In this document: piece after piece, positions 50,385-64,000 of the stretch
How positions within the stretch are numbered: the first letter of the stretch is position 1
Layout of the letters: each line of letters opens with the position of its first letter
NCBI RefSeq assembly: GCF_023055435.1
Contig: NW_025963804.1
Coordinates: 62,001 to 126,000, forward strand
Source of the DNA: Haliotis rufescens
Lineage: Eukaryota
Direction of reading: 5' to 3'
Length of the DNA: 64,000 nt
Notes under the pieces: generated by a model
Told to the model about the DNA's origin: nothing
The model's database searches: none
What the model saw: the letters and a program-made list of their open reading frames with translations, nothing else
Made by a program: the position numbers and the translations under genes

Positions 50385-51955
50385 CAGCATCAGCCATTGT
50401 GTTACCAACGATTCCAACGATTGATTTCTGTTCAACTTTTTCCTTTCTGTTTTTGTTAATTTTCGGTGATGCGAGGTCAGAGGTGATGCTTCTGAATGAT
50501 TCTCAGAAATAGTCGGTCGAAGGACAGACGAAGTTTGGACAGGTTGATAAGATCTGACCCATGTCAAATCGGTCTGACACCGAACAGATGAAGTTTGAAC
50601 AGGACGGATGACTGCAACAGAGTAATTCATAACTGAAGGAGTTGTGGCTTGACAAGTTGTTTAGCATCTGCAAATGAAATGGTTTTTTTCCGCAATTAAG
50701 TTTATTAATTTTGGTTTCTGTTGCCAAGTAGGGCAGGATTTAGAAGATGCCATGTGTTAGCCATCACAGTTGGAACATTTGAGGTCTTCATGACAATCCA
50801 TGCCCTCATGGTTGACACCACAACGCTGACAAACCACGGGGCGAATACAGGTTTTTGAACCATGTCCATACGTTTGGCGTCTATAGCACCGGAGTGGATT
50901 GGGGACAAACACATCCACCCCGATGTTAACATAACCAGCTTTAGTTGATTGTGGAACTGAAGCACGGGCAAAAGTGAATAGATAAGTTTTGTTAGAACAA
51001 TGTTTGATTTTTCATCTTTGCGAGTAAAATGTTTGATTTTTACTGATTGAACAACTTGATTCTTAAGGTCAGATAGAATTTCCTCTTCTGAACATATCCG
51101 CCTAGGAATGAGTCCAGTCACTAACAATGCCACGAGAAGAGTGTGTTCTGTGTATAGAAACAACAAGGTCAATATTGGCAAATATATTGATTGGTAAGAG
51201 ATTGAGCGTTTGTTGTTTCCGAGCACATACAACCAGAAGAGATCCAGTACGGGGTCCGGTGACATTTTTAACTTCTCCAAGTGCCCTTGTATTGCTTTGG
51301 ATATAGCAAAGGGATTTAACTTAATGGGTAGGTGAACTGAAGCTTCGATTACAAGGAATCGAGCCCAGGAATCAAGCCTCATTAGATGAACTTGTGTTTA
51401 AATGTATTCTTTTCGAACCAGTGTGAGCCATTATGAAAGAAATTTGTTCTGCACCCCTGATCCCCATCCAACATGGAGTGCCAAACAAAACTCCGATGCA
51501 GTAGTGCACCAGAATATCCAACATGCAAACACCAGGGATACAGGGGAGGACTACTCCAGTAAATACGACATGAAGAGCTATATTTGTCTACCAAATACAA
51601 TGCAAGACTGGTTCGGCCCATGACAAGAAATTGGAGACATACAGAACTCAGAGGGCGACATCAGCAGATTGGCCCATGAGCCACCGCCTTCTGGCATGGG
51701 ATTACAGTCAAATTTATACAATATAATTACCATTTAGAATATGCATATCCAATATTCAAAATAATTTCAGCATGAATGTTTTCCATACACAGGGCATGGC
51801 GTAACCAACCGATTGATAGAATCGGGCCAATTCTACCACCCGTCTAGGTGAAGTAAGGGTCGAAGTGGTGTGTTGGGCAAAAGGAACACCGGTTCATGGC
51901 TCCAGTGCCCCCAACCACCAGACTCCCGACCTCTACCGACACCCACGGGGAACGC
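50385..51955 (-). mobile_element. I-clade LINE remnant (duplicate with 5' region)
   Basis: Matches 32310-33830. Confidence 0.75.
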
Positions 51956-53045
51956 CAGCAATATCACTGCTGGGGACACCAGAAATGGGCTTCACACATT
52001 GTAGCCATGTCGGGAATCGAATCCGGGTCTTCGAAGTGACGAGCAAACGCTTTAACTACTAGGCTACCCGACCGCCCCAGCAAATGGAGTGAGACGCACT
52101 TCATCGTCGTAACTCTCAGTTCTGTGGAATGCTGCAAGGATCATTGTCACGTTCTCGCGACCTTGACATTTGGAACAACGCTTAATATGCAAAAAAGGCT
52201 AACTCACGTACGTTTTGCATAATTATAGTTTGCGTTTTCCCAAAGGGACGGGAACGTGAGAATGTCCCTCACAACTTTCCATAAAGTCCTCAATGAAGAT
52301 TCGTTAAACCTTTTATGCATTACTAGCCGCCATGTACAACATACTAGGTGTCTTCTAATCTATACAAAGCGAGTGAGTGAGTATGGTTTTACGCCGCTTT
52401 TAGCAATGTTCCAGCAATATCACGGCGGGGGACACCAGAAATTGGCTTCACACATTGTACCCACGTCGGGATTCGAACCCGGGTCTTCGGCGTGACGAGC
52501 GAACGCTTTAACCACTAGGCTACCCGCCCCGACAAAGACATGGTTACGAAGAAGATAAGGAGAATAGAGTTTCCTTTGTAAGACTTAATGGTTACCTGTA
52601 GGTAAGATATGTTGAATAATAAATATCTGTCACCTCAGAACAACATTGCCTGCATTGGAAAGTCGGTGCTAAGAATACGTTTACCCGGTGTAGATATATT
52701 CACGTTTATTAAAAGATTCTTGGAACTAGCGATTGTGGTATTATGAATAGTCATGTTATATGACGCGGAAGATTATATGTCGACTGCGCTACGCATATAT
52801 GCTCATTATCTAATGTAGAATGTATCATGACTATAGTTGGCCCTTTATCTACGTAGTCATGTCAGCTTTACAAGGTGGTACAAAGTCAGTTGCGTGAAAC
52901 ACATAGGCCAATCATTTCAACTGTCAGAGTAGGCAGTGGTGGTTTAGTCTCCTCGAACACCGTCACTCAACGTTACCAGGAGTTGACTGTGGTACTAAAC
53001 AGGCTGTTCGAAGTACGTCTCTCAAGACACTGGAAGGTCAGCACC

Positions 53046-54526
53046 ATGCCAAACAGGAAGGGACCTCGAACCAAACCACAGAGACTCGAAAGAGTGTACG
53101 GGCTGTTTGAGTGTCAGAGATGTAAATTCCGCTGGGGCGATGATGAAGTACGTCGTTACGAAGGGACGCACGAGGTAAGTACAGTATCACTTTCAGATAG
53201 TAAGATGATTTGTGTACGCCATGGATAATATATATCACTGTATATCATTGTAATAGCCTGCAAGTGTAAATATATTTCAATTGAAGTGTAATATTTCGTT
53301 GCTTGTTTATTCATTATATTTGGAAGATAACGATTTATCATTCACAAGATTGTATGACATTCCAATAATCTATTTTCAATGTATATGCATTTCTCAATCT
53401 TTGACCTTTTCTAAGTCTGTACATGTTCTAATGATTTTAACTAAAGTTATCGCCGTCGTCATTGCATTATTTAATTTAAAAAAGCGGTTGACAGATGCAG
53501 ATGGTGTGTGTTTCGCTGATGTGAACTGTCCGCGAAAAAGCTCGCATGTTTAGCACGGCCAAATTTCAGCACGAAATTGTGTACGTGCACTGTTTAATAT
53601 GTAAGGAAAATCAATTATTGAATTTAACATTACGCCTTTTAACTACTCTTTCCTGACTTAAAACATAACCTTGCTGGATACTCTGTAGTATTCAGTTACA
53701 CTGCCATCTGACTACACATCGTACAATTAGCATTAGCATCTATGTTTCTATAATTGCAAGCAATATCAGAGAGGAATTATGGGTAAATTGTCTCTGGCAA
53801 TATATGCAAACGGTCACCACCTACAAAGATAAGTTGTGTCAACTGGTAGGCTATTAAGTTGCAGTTAACATATTTTTGTTTACGTATTTCTTGGTTATAT
53901 TTGACCACAAAACGGAAAGTAAAATCAACGTGTTTTTGCGAATGTTCCATGATCTCTCTTTTCAACAAATAAATCCCAATGCATGCAGAAATGACCAATT
54001 CATTTTTGTTATTAGTTTTGTATGGATGCCGGCAACACTCCGATATGAATGATTTACTAGTTTTGCGTTTCTTTTTTAGCAGAGTATATAACCTTGTCTG
54101 GTCTTGTCCAATATTCTAAAGCTACATTGTAGTACATGTACAGTAGGACAGAGCAACCATGCATGTCGTTTCCAGTCCATTTGTCGTGCAAGCTATACTG
54201 TTCTTCATATACAGGTATTATCTCCTGCAAAGTGTAAGCTATGCGGAGAGATGAATTTTCTTCACACAACTGAGCGTCTGGTGCAGGATATCCGTGATCA
54301 GGTGAGCAGGAGCAGGAGCGTGGGTCTCTGCTACAATCCCTCTTACAGACCAGACCATCATTCCTACAGCTCTGGAAGCGACAATGAACACCACTACGAC
54401 GACATCTATGAAGATCGTCAACAACCGAAACACAACAAGAAGCTCGAAAGACGCAACGATGGCGACGAATGTCATCAACCACGGAGACGAGGGGCCAAGA
54501 GAAACAAAGATAACAATTACGATTAA
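53046..54526 (+). CDS. Type C gene, copy 2, single repeat unit (146 aa)
   Basis: Exons 53046-53174 and 54215-54526. Confidence 0.72.
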
Positions 54527-56310
54527 CACCGGATGTGGTGATGTGTACGGACCTTACTCTTTAAGTTTTAAAAATAGATTTATCGTAAATTTAAAACAAA
54601 ACTGTTTCAAGTTTTTCCCCGTAGTATGTGCCCAGTTCAGACCAATTCCAGGCTGTAATAAATAAAAATATTAAAAAATAAAAAATGAATAAACCATAGC
54701 TTGCCACAAAAATTACATTGATTTGAAAAAGTTCAGGCGAAAAATATCTGGTTTTGTAGCTGTAGCTGAAAAATATCTATTCTCGATACAAAATCCCGGC
54801 CGCCGCACCCCAAAATGTGAAATGGTCGGACCCTTAAGGCCCTTTTCTCCATATATCTCCCTTCACCTGTCGCTCTATCACACTGGGATAAAATGCATGC
54901 GGCAGCGGTGGAGAGAAGGGGTGTTATATTTTAGTTTCGGCGTCAAGACCACGTGACATTCCTCACTTCCGCCTTGGTTAGTGTCACGTTCTTCATTTCT
55001 TGACAACAAGGAGATAATTATGTGTCAGTGTTAGGTATATATTGACTTTGTAACGTGTTTCATGACTGGTATTTATAGCAGCAGAAGAAGTGAGGTTTGT
55101 TTAGTTTGCCAGTGTAAAACAAAATTTATTTATGATATTTGCCTGTCAATTACGTTTTGTAGTATTGTGTAAATAAACTTAAAATTCCACTGAAAATCAT
55201 TTATATGCTATTTTTTACCTGTATTGTTTATGTCATTTGTTGTTTACTTTTTATATTGTACCTGTCAACACGGATCGCAAAATGACCAGGAAAGGAGCCT
55301 TTATTGAAGTGTAGTAAAACGTACTACAAGATTAGTAAATATACTAATACAGTTAGTAAAGTATGAGAAGGAGATCTATTAAATTAGTATAATTCACTAC
55401 CTAAATCAGTATTTCTTTGAAAGTTGGACAGTAATCTCAAGTTACTGATCAGTAAATTGTTCTATTCTACGATAGGCCATATAATCCGCATAACCCCAGG
55501 AATATACTTACTCCAAGAAAAAAAAGAGTCCAACAGAATGTTCACCACATATACACGTGTCATCTGTACATCAACTATCATTCATCATTCATCCATATAT
55601 AGCTCCTCGTTTATACAGCTCCGGTCACTTAATGATTTTCTCATCATATAACAAGCCACATGGTAAATGATTCTAATGTTAAGTAATGAACCATCATTTT
55701 ACACCTCCACAGAAATAATGATTTCACAAAGCAGTTGAACAGGAAACTATAACACTATGTAGCTATGCTATTGACTGCTATCATTCCAGCCACAAGAAAG
55801 GACACATTAAAACATGATGATAGGTCTTGATTTAACGACTTGAAAATCACAAGCCCAGTCTCATTTACGGCGTAGCATGTATGTTTGTTGTTTAACGCCG
55901 CACTCAGCAAGATTGAAGCTATATTACGGTGGCCTGTGAATAATCGCATGTGTCAAGCAAGTCAGAGAGCCTGACCACCCGATCCCGTATGTCGCCTCTG
56001 ACGACAAGCTTGGTCGCCTCTTACGGCAAGCATGGGTTGCAGAAGACCAATTCTAACCCGGATCTTCACGGGTCTCGGCGTATCATGATACGTATGAAGT
56101 TACACAACTCATACACAACTCTTGTACATATTGTACGACTATTTGAACATTAAATTTTAGTTTTTGTTTTGCTTGTTTATCGCCGCACTCACCAATATTC
56201 CAGATGAGACGGCGGCCAGTACATAATCGAGCCTAGACCAGACAACCCAGTGATTGATATTGTGAGCAACGATCTACGCCGCCGCGGCACGATGTATGTG
56301 CCACGATATA

Positions 56311-57775
56311 TACTAGCCACATAAAGAAACTGTGCACGGAGAAAATATAGATATAAGGGCACACCGTCCACATATGAAATATAGGTTCGAACACAGCAAT
56401 TATTGGAGACATTCAAACGCTCATGCACTTGCCATGTGATATGACGTCATTGATGGGGGCCTATGGACGTGCAATGTGTTACTGCACGTGCATCCTGTGC
56501 AGCTGTACAACTCAAAAATTCGATGTCACTTTGGAAAGCATGATCTGTGGTCATTCAGAAATTCAAAACTGCTCAGGCGCAGACACAAGCATATCACAAG
56601 CAAATCATGCCAAGATTGACAGCTGCACAGCGTCATAAAGCCATTGGAATGATCCGAGCGGGAATGAGGCAACAACAGGAGGCAACACATTTCCAATGCC
56701 ATCGTAACACGATATCGGCATTGGTGAGGCGTTATCAGAACACAAATGACGTTGCCGACCACCCACGTTCAGGATGTCCCCGAGTAACGACGTCAAGACA
56801 GGACAGATGGATTCGAGTTACACATCTCCGACACAGGTTCCAAACGGCAGTAACGACGTCCCAGACAATTCCTGGACTGCGCCGTATCCATCCCAACACT
56901 GTCAGGAATCGTTTACGTCAGTACGGGATTCGACCACGACGCCCTGCCATACGTCCCATCCTGACACACAGTCATCGCGTCAACCGTCTAAGATGGTGTC
57001 GAAATCATGTTCGCCAACCTCGAATATGGTGGAGAAATGTTGTCTTTACAGATGAATCGAGGTTCAACATTTCCCACAGTGACGGGCGCCAACGTGTCCA
57101 CCGGCGTTTGGGAGAACGTTATGCACGCAACTGTATTGTGGAGAGGAATCGTTTTGGAGGTGGCTCTGTGATAATTTGGGGTGGGATAACAGCACGGCAC
57201 TGAACGCCTTTGGTGGTTGTTCAGGGCAATCTCACCGGTGTTGGCTACAGAGATCAGATTCTGAGGCCTGTGGTCATTCCTTTCCTGCAACGTCATGGCG
57301 AGGGATTGACATTTCAACAGGACAAAGCTCGTCCTCACACGGCTAGGGTCGCAATGGATTTCCTTCACCATAACAATGTCATGTTACTGCCATTCTCCAG
57401 ATCACTCCCCAATAGAGCATGTGTTGGATGAAATGGAGCGCCGTCTGCGTCGTCTTCCACATCCTCCAGATAACGTCCGTGACTTGGCACAGGATTTGAG
57501 GAGGATATGGCAGGCCAGTCCCCAGGCCTTCCATGCCCATTTGGTGGACTCCATGCGTCGCCGATGCACTGCTGTGATTCACGCACAGGGTGGTCATACC
57601 CGTTATTGACTTTGTGACTTTGTCGTTTGACCCCCTACTCCATTGTGATCTTCTGACATTTTCTTATGGTCCGATCATTGAGCTGCTACAGCGTCTGCAT
57701 CATTTTGTTCTTGCTGTGTTGTATTTCAATCCAGAATATATTTTCTCCGTGCACAGTTTCTTTATGTGGCTAGTA
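56311..57775 (+). mobile_element. Tc1/mariner DNA transposon
   Basis: Perfect 39-bp TIRs (56311-56349, 57737-57775) flanked by TA; encloses a transposase. Confidence 0.93.
56607..57609 (+). pseudogene. Tc1-family transposase, disrupted
   Basis: HTH/RSGCPRVTT, VFTDESRF, WGGI, FQQDKARPH, SPIEHVLD, GGHTRY*; stop at 57201 and frameshift near 57390. Confidence 0.92.
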
Positions 57776-58137
57776 TATATGTGTATATGTGTATGACAGA
57801 GATGAACTGGAAACTGCGCTCGTTACATAGACAACAATGCAAGATAACATCAACACAGCATTCCCTCCCAAGATTGTGTCATGCAACACCTTGTTATGGG
57901 ACCTGGCTTCACCAAACGTTGGACCCCGCTAGTCCAGTAAACCGACAACAACCGGATCTCCACCTCACACGGCGGTGTGCTCGGTACGCTTGTGAAGATA
58001 ACATGCCATGCTTTTCAGGATCACGCGAGAATTCTTACACCGACAGCTGTGTATATGTGTGTACATTATGGTGTTTTAAAGAACCCAATGCCATTGTGGT
58101 TCTCTTATTTTGAGTTGGTTGTACTTTACACATACGT

Positions 58138-58640
58138 ACACTCACACTCACACTTGTACTTACACTTACACTCACATTTACACTTAAACTCACACTTACA
58201 CTAACACTCACATTTACACTTAAACTCACTCACACTTACACTCATATCACACTCACACTTACACTCATATCACACTCACACTCATATCACACTCACACTT
58301 ACACTTAAACTCACACTTACACACATATCACACTCACACTTACACTCATATCGCACTCACACTTATACTTACACTTAAACTCACACTTACACGCATATCA
58401 CACTCACACTTATATCACACTCACACTTACACTCATATCACGCTCACACTTACACTCACACCCATATCACACTTACACCAACACTCACATTTACACTTAA
58501 ACTCACACTCACACTTACACTCATATCATACTCCCACTTACACTCATATCACACTCACACTTACACCCACACTTACACTCATATCACACTCACACTTACA
58601 CTCACACTTACACTTAAACTTAAACTCACACTCACACACA
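58138..58640. repeat. CACACT/TACACT simple satellite
   Basis: Direct inspection. Confidence 0.95.
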
Positions 58641-59259
58641 TCTGGTCTTCTGAAAATTTACTAAAGCCCGTCCTGGAACTTGAGTGTGTGTGTGAGTTAA
58701 AAATTCACATCGGCAACATTTCAGCCATATCATGACAATCAAAGGTTAAACATAATAAATACCGTAAAACAACCTACCAACGAAGGGCAGTAAAATATCA
58801 CAGAAATGGATCATAAAAAAATATAGTACTATACATAACATTAATATGATGAAAACGGGCTATAGATCGCCACCCACTGAAGGTAGATCACCAAACTGGG
58901 TACCATGGGGACTTACAGTACCTTTGCTACCTGCATCCTGGAACTTCGAAATGAGTGGGACTAAAGTTTGATCATTAACCAAGACGGATTCAAGTTTTTC
59001 TGCTGCTATACATGACAAAAGTTCGAACTATTGTTTGATTTGAATGGTATGTGGTATGAAAACTGTGTGACTGCGACAGGCACAATGCCCTCCAACCACA
59101 GATCATGTATATAAATAATAATATTATCTCAGTTACCATTCAAGACAGACACAGTACATCAGATTGACTTTTGTTTACCGTAGTTAAGCTACAGCAAACA
59201 TATACATTGACCTCTTCAGCACACAGGCACTACCCTCAAATATGTATTCACCAAGCTTG

Positions 59260-60051
59260 CATCTTCCCGAGGCAAGAGAGTTAACTTACTATAAAAGTCC
59301 AGTTTCCACCCTTGTCGACATAGGCTGGTATTATGGAGTTACATTTTGGCCGGACTAACGAGTCTATGCACAGTCCAATCAAAATCGCACACCGAAATCG
59401 AAATCCGGTTCGTAAACTGTCGTGCAGATTTCGATCGATTGCAAGATTTGCAAAGCATGTGCACCGCCAACTCGTTGTCAGCAGATATTTTCCAAATCTG
59501 TTCATGTTTTTTGTTGAATTTTGCCATACTTCTAACCTTTTGTTTGATAGAGGCTTCAACTACTCTCGTTGGATGACAGATTTATTCACAGAGCCGTACA
59601 CATGTCCGACTTCGACGATGCATGAATGTCAACAGACACATATATTCAAACATCAGGGGCAGTTAAATCTGATCATCATTTCCGGTTAACATAAATGTAT
59701 AAAGCATATAATAATGAAACGTCCATAAAACATCAATACACGGTTACTTAAGTTTACATTCTAACATTTTTAATCAAGGTGCTCACGTGATTTGATGCAT
59801 TTCGCGATGAAAGACCCGTTTTATCAAAATATAGATCTTGATTATCGATCAGATCGTCCTGACTGGGCGCCACCATTTTGTGGTGAAGCAAACGCAATTG
59901 ATACGAGAGGTGGAACCTGATTGGTAGGCTTAGAAGGGACATAACTGGTAATAGCCACCGGTGGCGCTACGATCTAGCCCAGTAGTTCCAGCTTAGTTCG
60001 GCAAGGGTGGAAACTGGACAAGTCAGTTAACTCTCTTGCCTCGGGAAGGTG
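59260..60051. mobile_element. Non-autonomous DNA transposon (MITE) with 9-bp TSD
   Basis: TIR CAYCTTCCCGAGGCAAGAGAGTTAACT; TSD CCAAGCTTG at 59251-59259 and 60052-60060; no credible ORF. Confidence 0.85.
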
Positions 60052-63000
60052 CCAAGCTTGGATCCGGTCTATTTATTAACCGTTACGTGGCTCGGAGGAA
60101 GTACTATAAAGGTGTAGCGTATTCTGTGTCCGGTGTCCGTGAGTGTTCTGCATCTCGAAGGAGACGAGACAACCGAGGTTGGAAAAGGTTCTTGGGAAGT
60201 TCAGGTGCCATATTTGTGCCAACTGCTGGGAAGATTCTGTGTTCCGCGTGGAGGGGATACGAGTACAATGTAGATACAGATTTAAGACGGCCACATATGC
60301 AATGACTATGAAATTTGATTGAGTGAGTGAGTGTCAAGTATAGTTTAAAAGCAACATACTGTCAACGATGGCCTTTATATCGGTTTACCATTCCAACAAA
60401 TTTGGCTTTCTAGGTACGACTGGGAAAAAAATGTACAGTGTGTGACGAGATGACTCTACCCTACTTCACTAAGAGGTCGGAGGCCGACTTTGATAAACTC
60501 CGCTTCCATGGCGGTCAGAAACCTTACCAAGGCGGAGGTCACGTCAAAGGCGGCTACAGGGTCGACCACCACGTTGGACTTAGGGTTTCCTGTAATAAGA
60601 GTGTCCGACACTTTTCACACCGGAATTGGGATCCGGTGTCACTTACATTTTCTCTCCAGAAGGATGGAGAAAGAATAATTGACGGATAAACTTCCCTCAG
60701 TACCTTTACTAGAATACATGTATACCACCAGGTCTATTAACAAACAAATGTAATGTGTAACCACACTCGGTTATGGTGACTAGGACAATTGACGACAACA
60801 GTCCGTAGCACAGGTGGTACAAATAAGGTTGCAGGTTCGAATCTTCACGAGGTTTAAACATATTTGTGTGCATAAATGTGTTATTGTTGTATGGCTAGTA
60901 GTATTTCTCTCACACAGGAAGGTGACAATGAAAGTATATCTGTTTACTAGGAGGCAGGGCGGGACAACTTAGGAATGGCCATGAGTCCGAACTTGACCAC
61001 ACAGAAGGAAGCGAGCTACAAAAACATGTTTTATATCACTGGAAAGCTCTCAAGACGAATCCAAACAATGTGTGTCCCAGTGTGTTCACATGTTCATAAG
61101 CTCAAAAATTGGCTCAGAAAATGCATTACTGCAGAAATTTCTGGCAGAATTTTTTTTTTCTGCAGAAATTTCTGGCAGTATTTTTTTTTTCTACAGAAAT
61201 TTCTGGCAGAATTTTTTTCTGCAGTAATATTTAGCCAAATTATTTTATTTCAGGAGAAATAAGGTTCAATCAGTGGATAGTTTAACCTGGAGTTGCTTCA
61301 AATGACCTTTTTCCTCAAAACAAACATTTTTAGTTCACATGATTACAGGCAAAAAAATAAAACTAATTTTGTGAGATCTTTCAAAAAATTATTTATTCAC
61401 ATGCAATTCAATTCCTTGGGAGACTTTGCACTTTTCATTCTCATGAATGAGTCACATTTTCTTGGGTGAGGTGATTTTTTCGGGATGGGTCCTGTCACAA
61501 AAGAAAATAGATGTATAGATGAGTGGATCCATATTGTCTAATATAATGGATAATGGCAGCCTATACGCAGCTTGAGTTTAACTTTACAATAGAGCCTACG
61601 GAATAAAATGTATTATGAATGTAAATAGTGTGCTTTATTTACGTTTTCTTCTCAACATACTTGAAAATTCTTTAATTTGTCTGGTCATTGAACGCTATGT
61701 GCACATATTCTGAAAAGATATGAAAAAACCCATTAAAATGCTTTTCATTTCAGTAATTAACACATTCCACAAGCTTTAGACACATGAACAAAGTAAGATA
61801 AGTGAGGTGAGTTGAAATTGGGTTGAATGTCACATCCAAGATAATTGCACTTATATAGCGATGTGCGTGTGTGCGCGTGTGTGCATGCGTGCTTGTACCA
61901 GTCCGGACTGATGCCGATTTATAGTGCTAGCTCACTGAGATACCATGCCACAGTTTAGCACAGTTTAGACACAGTACACTGACTCCAAGCCGACCAGTCC
62001 TTGTTTTAGCCCCTTAATGCCAGCACCAGACAGGGTAACAACAAATACTCTTTTAACGTCTATTGGTATGATGAGGCCAGGGATCGACAATGTAAGACTT
62101 ACTAAATTTGAATCATAGCATATTGAAAGTTCAAGGTCACATAGCATACGTTAAGTTCAAGGGTTATGAGCTATATAAATACTCTTAGAATTACCTCCAT
62201 CAATGCGCTCCACATGACCAGGGTACCTATCTGCTCTGTGCACCAGCCATGGGGCCTCTACTTCGTCACCTTTCTTTAACTATATCAGATATACAACATG
62301 TATATTAAGTCTTGTAACCTGTATATTAATTCTTTAACACGTATATCAATTCTTGAATGCTTAAAAAGTCACAGTGAAAAGTTTTAGACAATATAAATAT
62401 GTAAATTGTGATCAGTTCTGAAGATAAATGAGATTTCTGATAAAATGCTATGAGAAATGGTTTTTATTGACAGTAAGTAAGAAAATCATTAACCATGTTG
62501 TATTCTGTGTGAAAACTATTATAACTGATTGTGTTGATGCTGTATCTTTGTATTCTGCTTACCTCTAACCTAATCTTGCTTGCTGATTGCCACTCGTCGT
62601 AGTTGTAGCCAGTCCAATGTATTTTCATTTTCTCCTTTTGGACCGATAATACTTTAGCTTTATACCTGTATTATATTAAAGATAAAAAATAAATCATGAT
62701 TTCAGCAGAAAATGAAAGATATATATCTATTTTCACTGTTTTGTCTCTTTTGCTCCACTGACATTTTCCCAAAACTATTATTAGCAGACGGAAAACACAA
62801 CACTACTAGCATACAAAGTGTATACAAGTTCTTTAAAAAGAAAAGTCAATCAAATCAACCATTATGCACTTCCTGTCCGAAAACATTTAACTTCTATCAC
62901 ATGTCTCCCAAATTTCAAAAATACAATAACAAGTACTTGACACTTCTTGTCAATAACCGTAACCATGAACTGGGCTTCAAAGAGAACATCAAAATATAAG

Positions 63001-64000
63001 TATTGTACTACTCAGATGCTACCAACATGTGTTAATCTGCATGTCGTCGTAATAAAATGTCGGCTTAAAACCCCGAGATTTCAAAAGAGATGAAAACTGG
63101 AGTTACTTGGCATAGGTTGTAGCTGGGTAACAGATGGGAATGAGCAGACAGAAAAGATATTATGTTATTCAGCATAAACTGCAGAAATGGTTCAGTAATG
63201 AACATAAATGTCATTTTCACAACTGTCGCAATGCAATTCTGTGAGCAATTTCAAGAGATACAAAAAGTGTGATCCTTCAAGCAAAATTTCTGTTTCAAAA
63301 TGAGCTATAAGTTTCAGATGAAATGCCTAGTATGAAACGGGCGGGGGATGGAGAAAATTGATTTTCAATCAGGAGAGTTAAAACAATTAATTGATATGAA
63401 ATAATAAATATTGTTACATAAGGAAGATCATGATCCATCAGTATCTTATATATAATCATAAAAATATGCTTGTGTGAAACGTGATGAAAACAATTCAATA
63501 TATGAAATTTCCTTCAACAGTGCAAACAGTAATTACATACCAAAAGCCATCCTCCTCCAATGCCTCCACAATCATGCCAACATTGAATTTGCAGGGGGAC
63601 ATCTGTGGACAAAATCAGTGTTATGTGTGTTTATATTAAAGCATGGTACTAAGTGGACAAAGAGGATGTTTTCAACTCACAGTCATTTCTGTATATTCTA
63701 TTTTTAAGTTTTCAAAATATATTTTCCAGTTTTTCACAATACTGATCTTGCTATAGGAAATGTGGTGATTATCATATTGATAAGACAGTGAATCAGCTTC
63801 ATTAGCTTTCATCTGAATCGAACCCATGTGGACAGTAATGTTGCCAAGGTTCATAATCAGGGCGAGTCATCAATATCAGTTATAGACATGCACAGCAACA
63901 GTGTCCATGGCCCAAGGAAATCCACATACATGTTTACACTAGCATATAAGCTTGTCAGTTACTGCCCATTATTTCTACAATCTGCTCACCTTTTTATTGT

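Larger units (their letters stand above)
2600..54620 (+). repeat. Mosaic direct segmental duplications
   Basis: Approximate pairings: 2600-9020 ~ 43150-49320; 6960-10462 plus 22504-26075 ~ 39255-46366; 28340-30960 ~ 37540-39900; 30960-36805 ~ 49745-54620. High identity by eye. Confidence 0.9.

Noticed and set aside
54930-55045. Housekeeping-type promoter or first exon (CACGTG, CTTCCG)
   Set aside because: Only isolated short motifs; no downstream coding exon identified.
60036-64000. Possible host gene exons
   Set aside because: Short ORFs with no recognisable motif and no consistent splice chain.

Overview
AT-rich animal genomic DNA, probably molluscan (inferred only from SINE style; low certainty). 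Three layers are visible. (1) A mosaic tandem segmental duplication (~1-54.6 kb) carrying small two-exon ZAR1-like/3CxxC zinc-finger genes: four intact domain-only copies, two copies of a derived repeat-tailed gene, and three pseudogenes. Their promoters carry GAS and IRF-element-like motifs. (2) A 12,035-bp Maverick/Polinton-type element (10463-22497) with AGTAGT ends, ~510-bp TIRs and a 6-bp TSD (GTCATC). Its empty site is preserved in a paralogous segment at 42760. It encodes a nonsense-disrupted protein-primed PolB, two single-BIR IAPs, a 4x CCHC protein, a zinc-ribbon protein and a decayed spliced Cys-rich gene, but no integrase or virion genes. Most strikingly, three of its intronless non-histone genes start from a shared CCAAT/TATA promoter cassette and end in a perfect replication-dependent histone mRNA stem-loop (GGCCCTTTTCAGGGCC-ACCCA) with an HDE-like AAAGAC at +10. 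The CCHC protein ends in a FLASH-like EDGEV motif, a candidate ARS2-binding site. (3) Ordinary TEs: I-clade LINE remnants, a Tc1 element, a 9-bp-TSD MITE, a Penelope fragment, three SINE families and satellites.
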